Assembly (NCBI RefSeq): GCF_036321535.1 | Contig: NC_087437.1 | Span: 67,954,001-68,018,000 of the forward strand | DNA length: 64,000 bases | From: Camelus dromedarius | Lineage: Eukaryota | Direction of reading: 5' to 3' | Shown here: in pieces, positions 62,841-64,000 of the stretch | Position numbering within the stretch: position 1 is the first letter of the stretch | Layout of the letters: each line of letters begins with the position of its first letter | Program-made: the position numbers and the translations under genes | Notes under the pieces: model-generated | Told to the model about the DNA's origin: nothing | The model's database searches: none | Seen by the model: the letters and a program-made list of their open reading frames with translations, nothing else

Positions 62841-64000
62841 TAATTACATTGTTCCAGCCTAGTTTCAAATTCAAATTTCATCCTACTGACTTTTGACTTG
62901 TTTCTTTTTTTTTATCTAAGGCTGTTTATATATATGTGATTCATTAATTGATTGCTTTTAGGACCTGTATTTCTTTTTGGCTCTTAACATTGCATTTCTT
63001 CACCATTGCGGAATGCGTTGTTCAGTCAAGGTATTGTTTTTGAGATACTTCACAATGACAATCCTTTGACCTTGTATGTTTGTTCCTAGATGAATGCCTG
63101 TTTTTTTGACATCAGAAACTCAGATCAAAAAATGACACTGTGGGCATTTTAAATGTTATTCAAACATGAAATTATATATCAAGTCCATCCATTTATTTAT
63201 ATGTTTGCTTCTCTCCTTATTGGTGTCTTTATCAGCTCACACATCTCATTCTGCAGCAGCAAGTAATTTTCAAAGCTGAACTGCAATCCATGTGCGAGAT
63301 GGTGTTCCTTAGAGACTCCTGTCAGCTGAGGCCAGAGCCCAGAGGGAGCAGATAGCCTGCTAACAGGCACCTGGTGACTCTTTCCCCGGGCGGTTCCAAC
63401 CATGCACTCTTAATGCAGAAGCCATATGCGTGTCTCTCTAGTGTGCTGTCTGGGGAAACTGTAAAATGTCTTCATGTCATCATTCCCATATGACATTTTC
63501 TCACTCAGAGTTGTTTCCAGAATTCCCATCAGAATTCCATAAGGCACTGATGGCTCAGCAAGCTTACCATACAAAATAAAACAAGAAAATATTTTATCCT
63601 CAGTGGGCTTATTTTAACTAGCAATCTAAATGGATCTGGGCAGAGTGTCATGGGGGAGATGCCACTGAGTAGGATGATAATGTGTCCTCTATTTCGTTTT
63701 GCAGCAGTGGAAGGAAACAGGGGGAATGGGGCATTTAAACTGATGCATGGTCAGCTGGATTGGTTTTCAAGATCAAGGTCCTCCTGAGATATGGAAGGAT
63801 GATTGAGGAAGAAGAATCTGTTTTTGTCCAGAAGGTTTCAGAGACCTGATCTCTTGGGAGGATGTGCTAAAGGATTTACAGCACTCGAGACCATGATCAT
63901 AACTAGATAATTCAGATATGCTTCACCTAACTGAGTCTCCAAATTATTCAGATAGGCTTCACCTATGTGAGTCACCAAAGCAGGTATGGAGCAGTCATCC

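Noticed and set aside
1002..63403. All ORFs in the supplied six-frame track as protein-coding genes
   Set aside because: They are short (60-136 aa), many start at non-ATG codons, and many overlap repeats or microsatellites. I recognise no protein family and no consistent exon chain.
1..64000. CRISPR array, operon, prophage, NUMT or processed pseudogene
   Set aside because: There is no regularly spaced repeat-spacer structure, no long ORF and no recognisable mitochondrial or mRNA-derived sequence.

Overview
AT-rich, CpG-poor mammalian non-coding DNA, most likely from a camelid. That assignment rests on a tRNA-Ala-derived vic-1-type SINE with a 16-bp target-site duplication (TSD) at 49.5 kb and a camelid-type L1 3' end at 53.1 kb. 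I recognise no protein-coding gene, RNA gene or miRNA, and none of the ORFs in the track is a credible CDS. The window is a mosaic of old eutherian repeats (MIR, L2, L3/CR1, L1M, MLT1, LTR16, MER DNA transposons) and repeat-poor islands that look like enhancers or conserved non-coding elements. Most L1/LTR/SINE copies lie on the minus strand, which suggests a large intron of a + strand gene; I could not identify the locus. The best unexplained structures are a ~200-bp-arm inverted duplication of an L2 3' end (18.0-18.55 kb) and a ~170-nt G:U-compatible stem-loop in non-repeat sequence (44.6-44.76 kb). There are also three exon-like segments and a CTCF/SOX-dimer island. I found no convincing multi-component novel system. 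Repeat family names come from recalled consensus sequences, and repeat boundaries are approximate.
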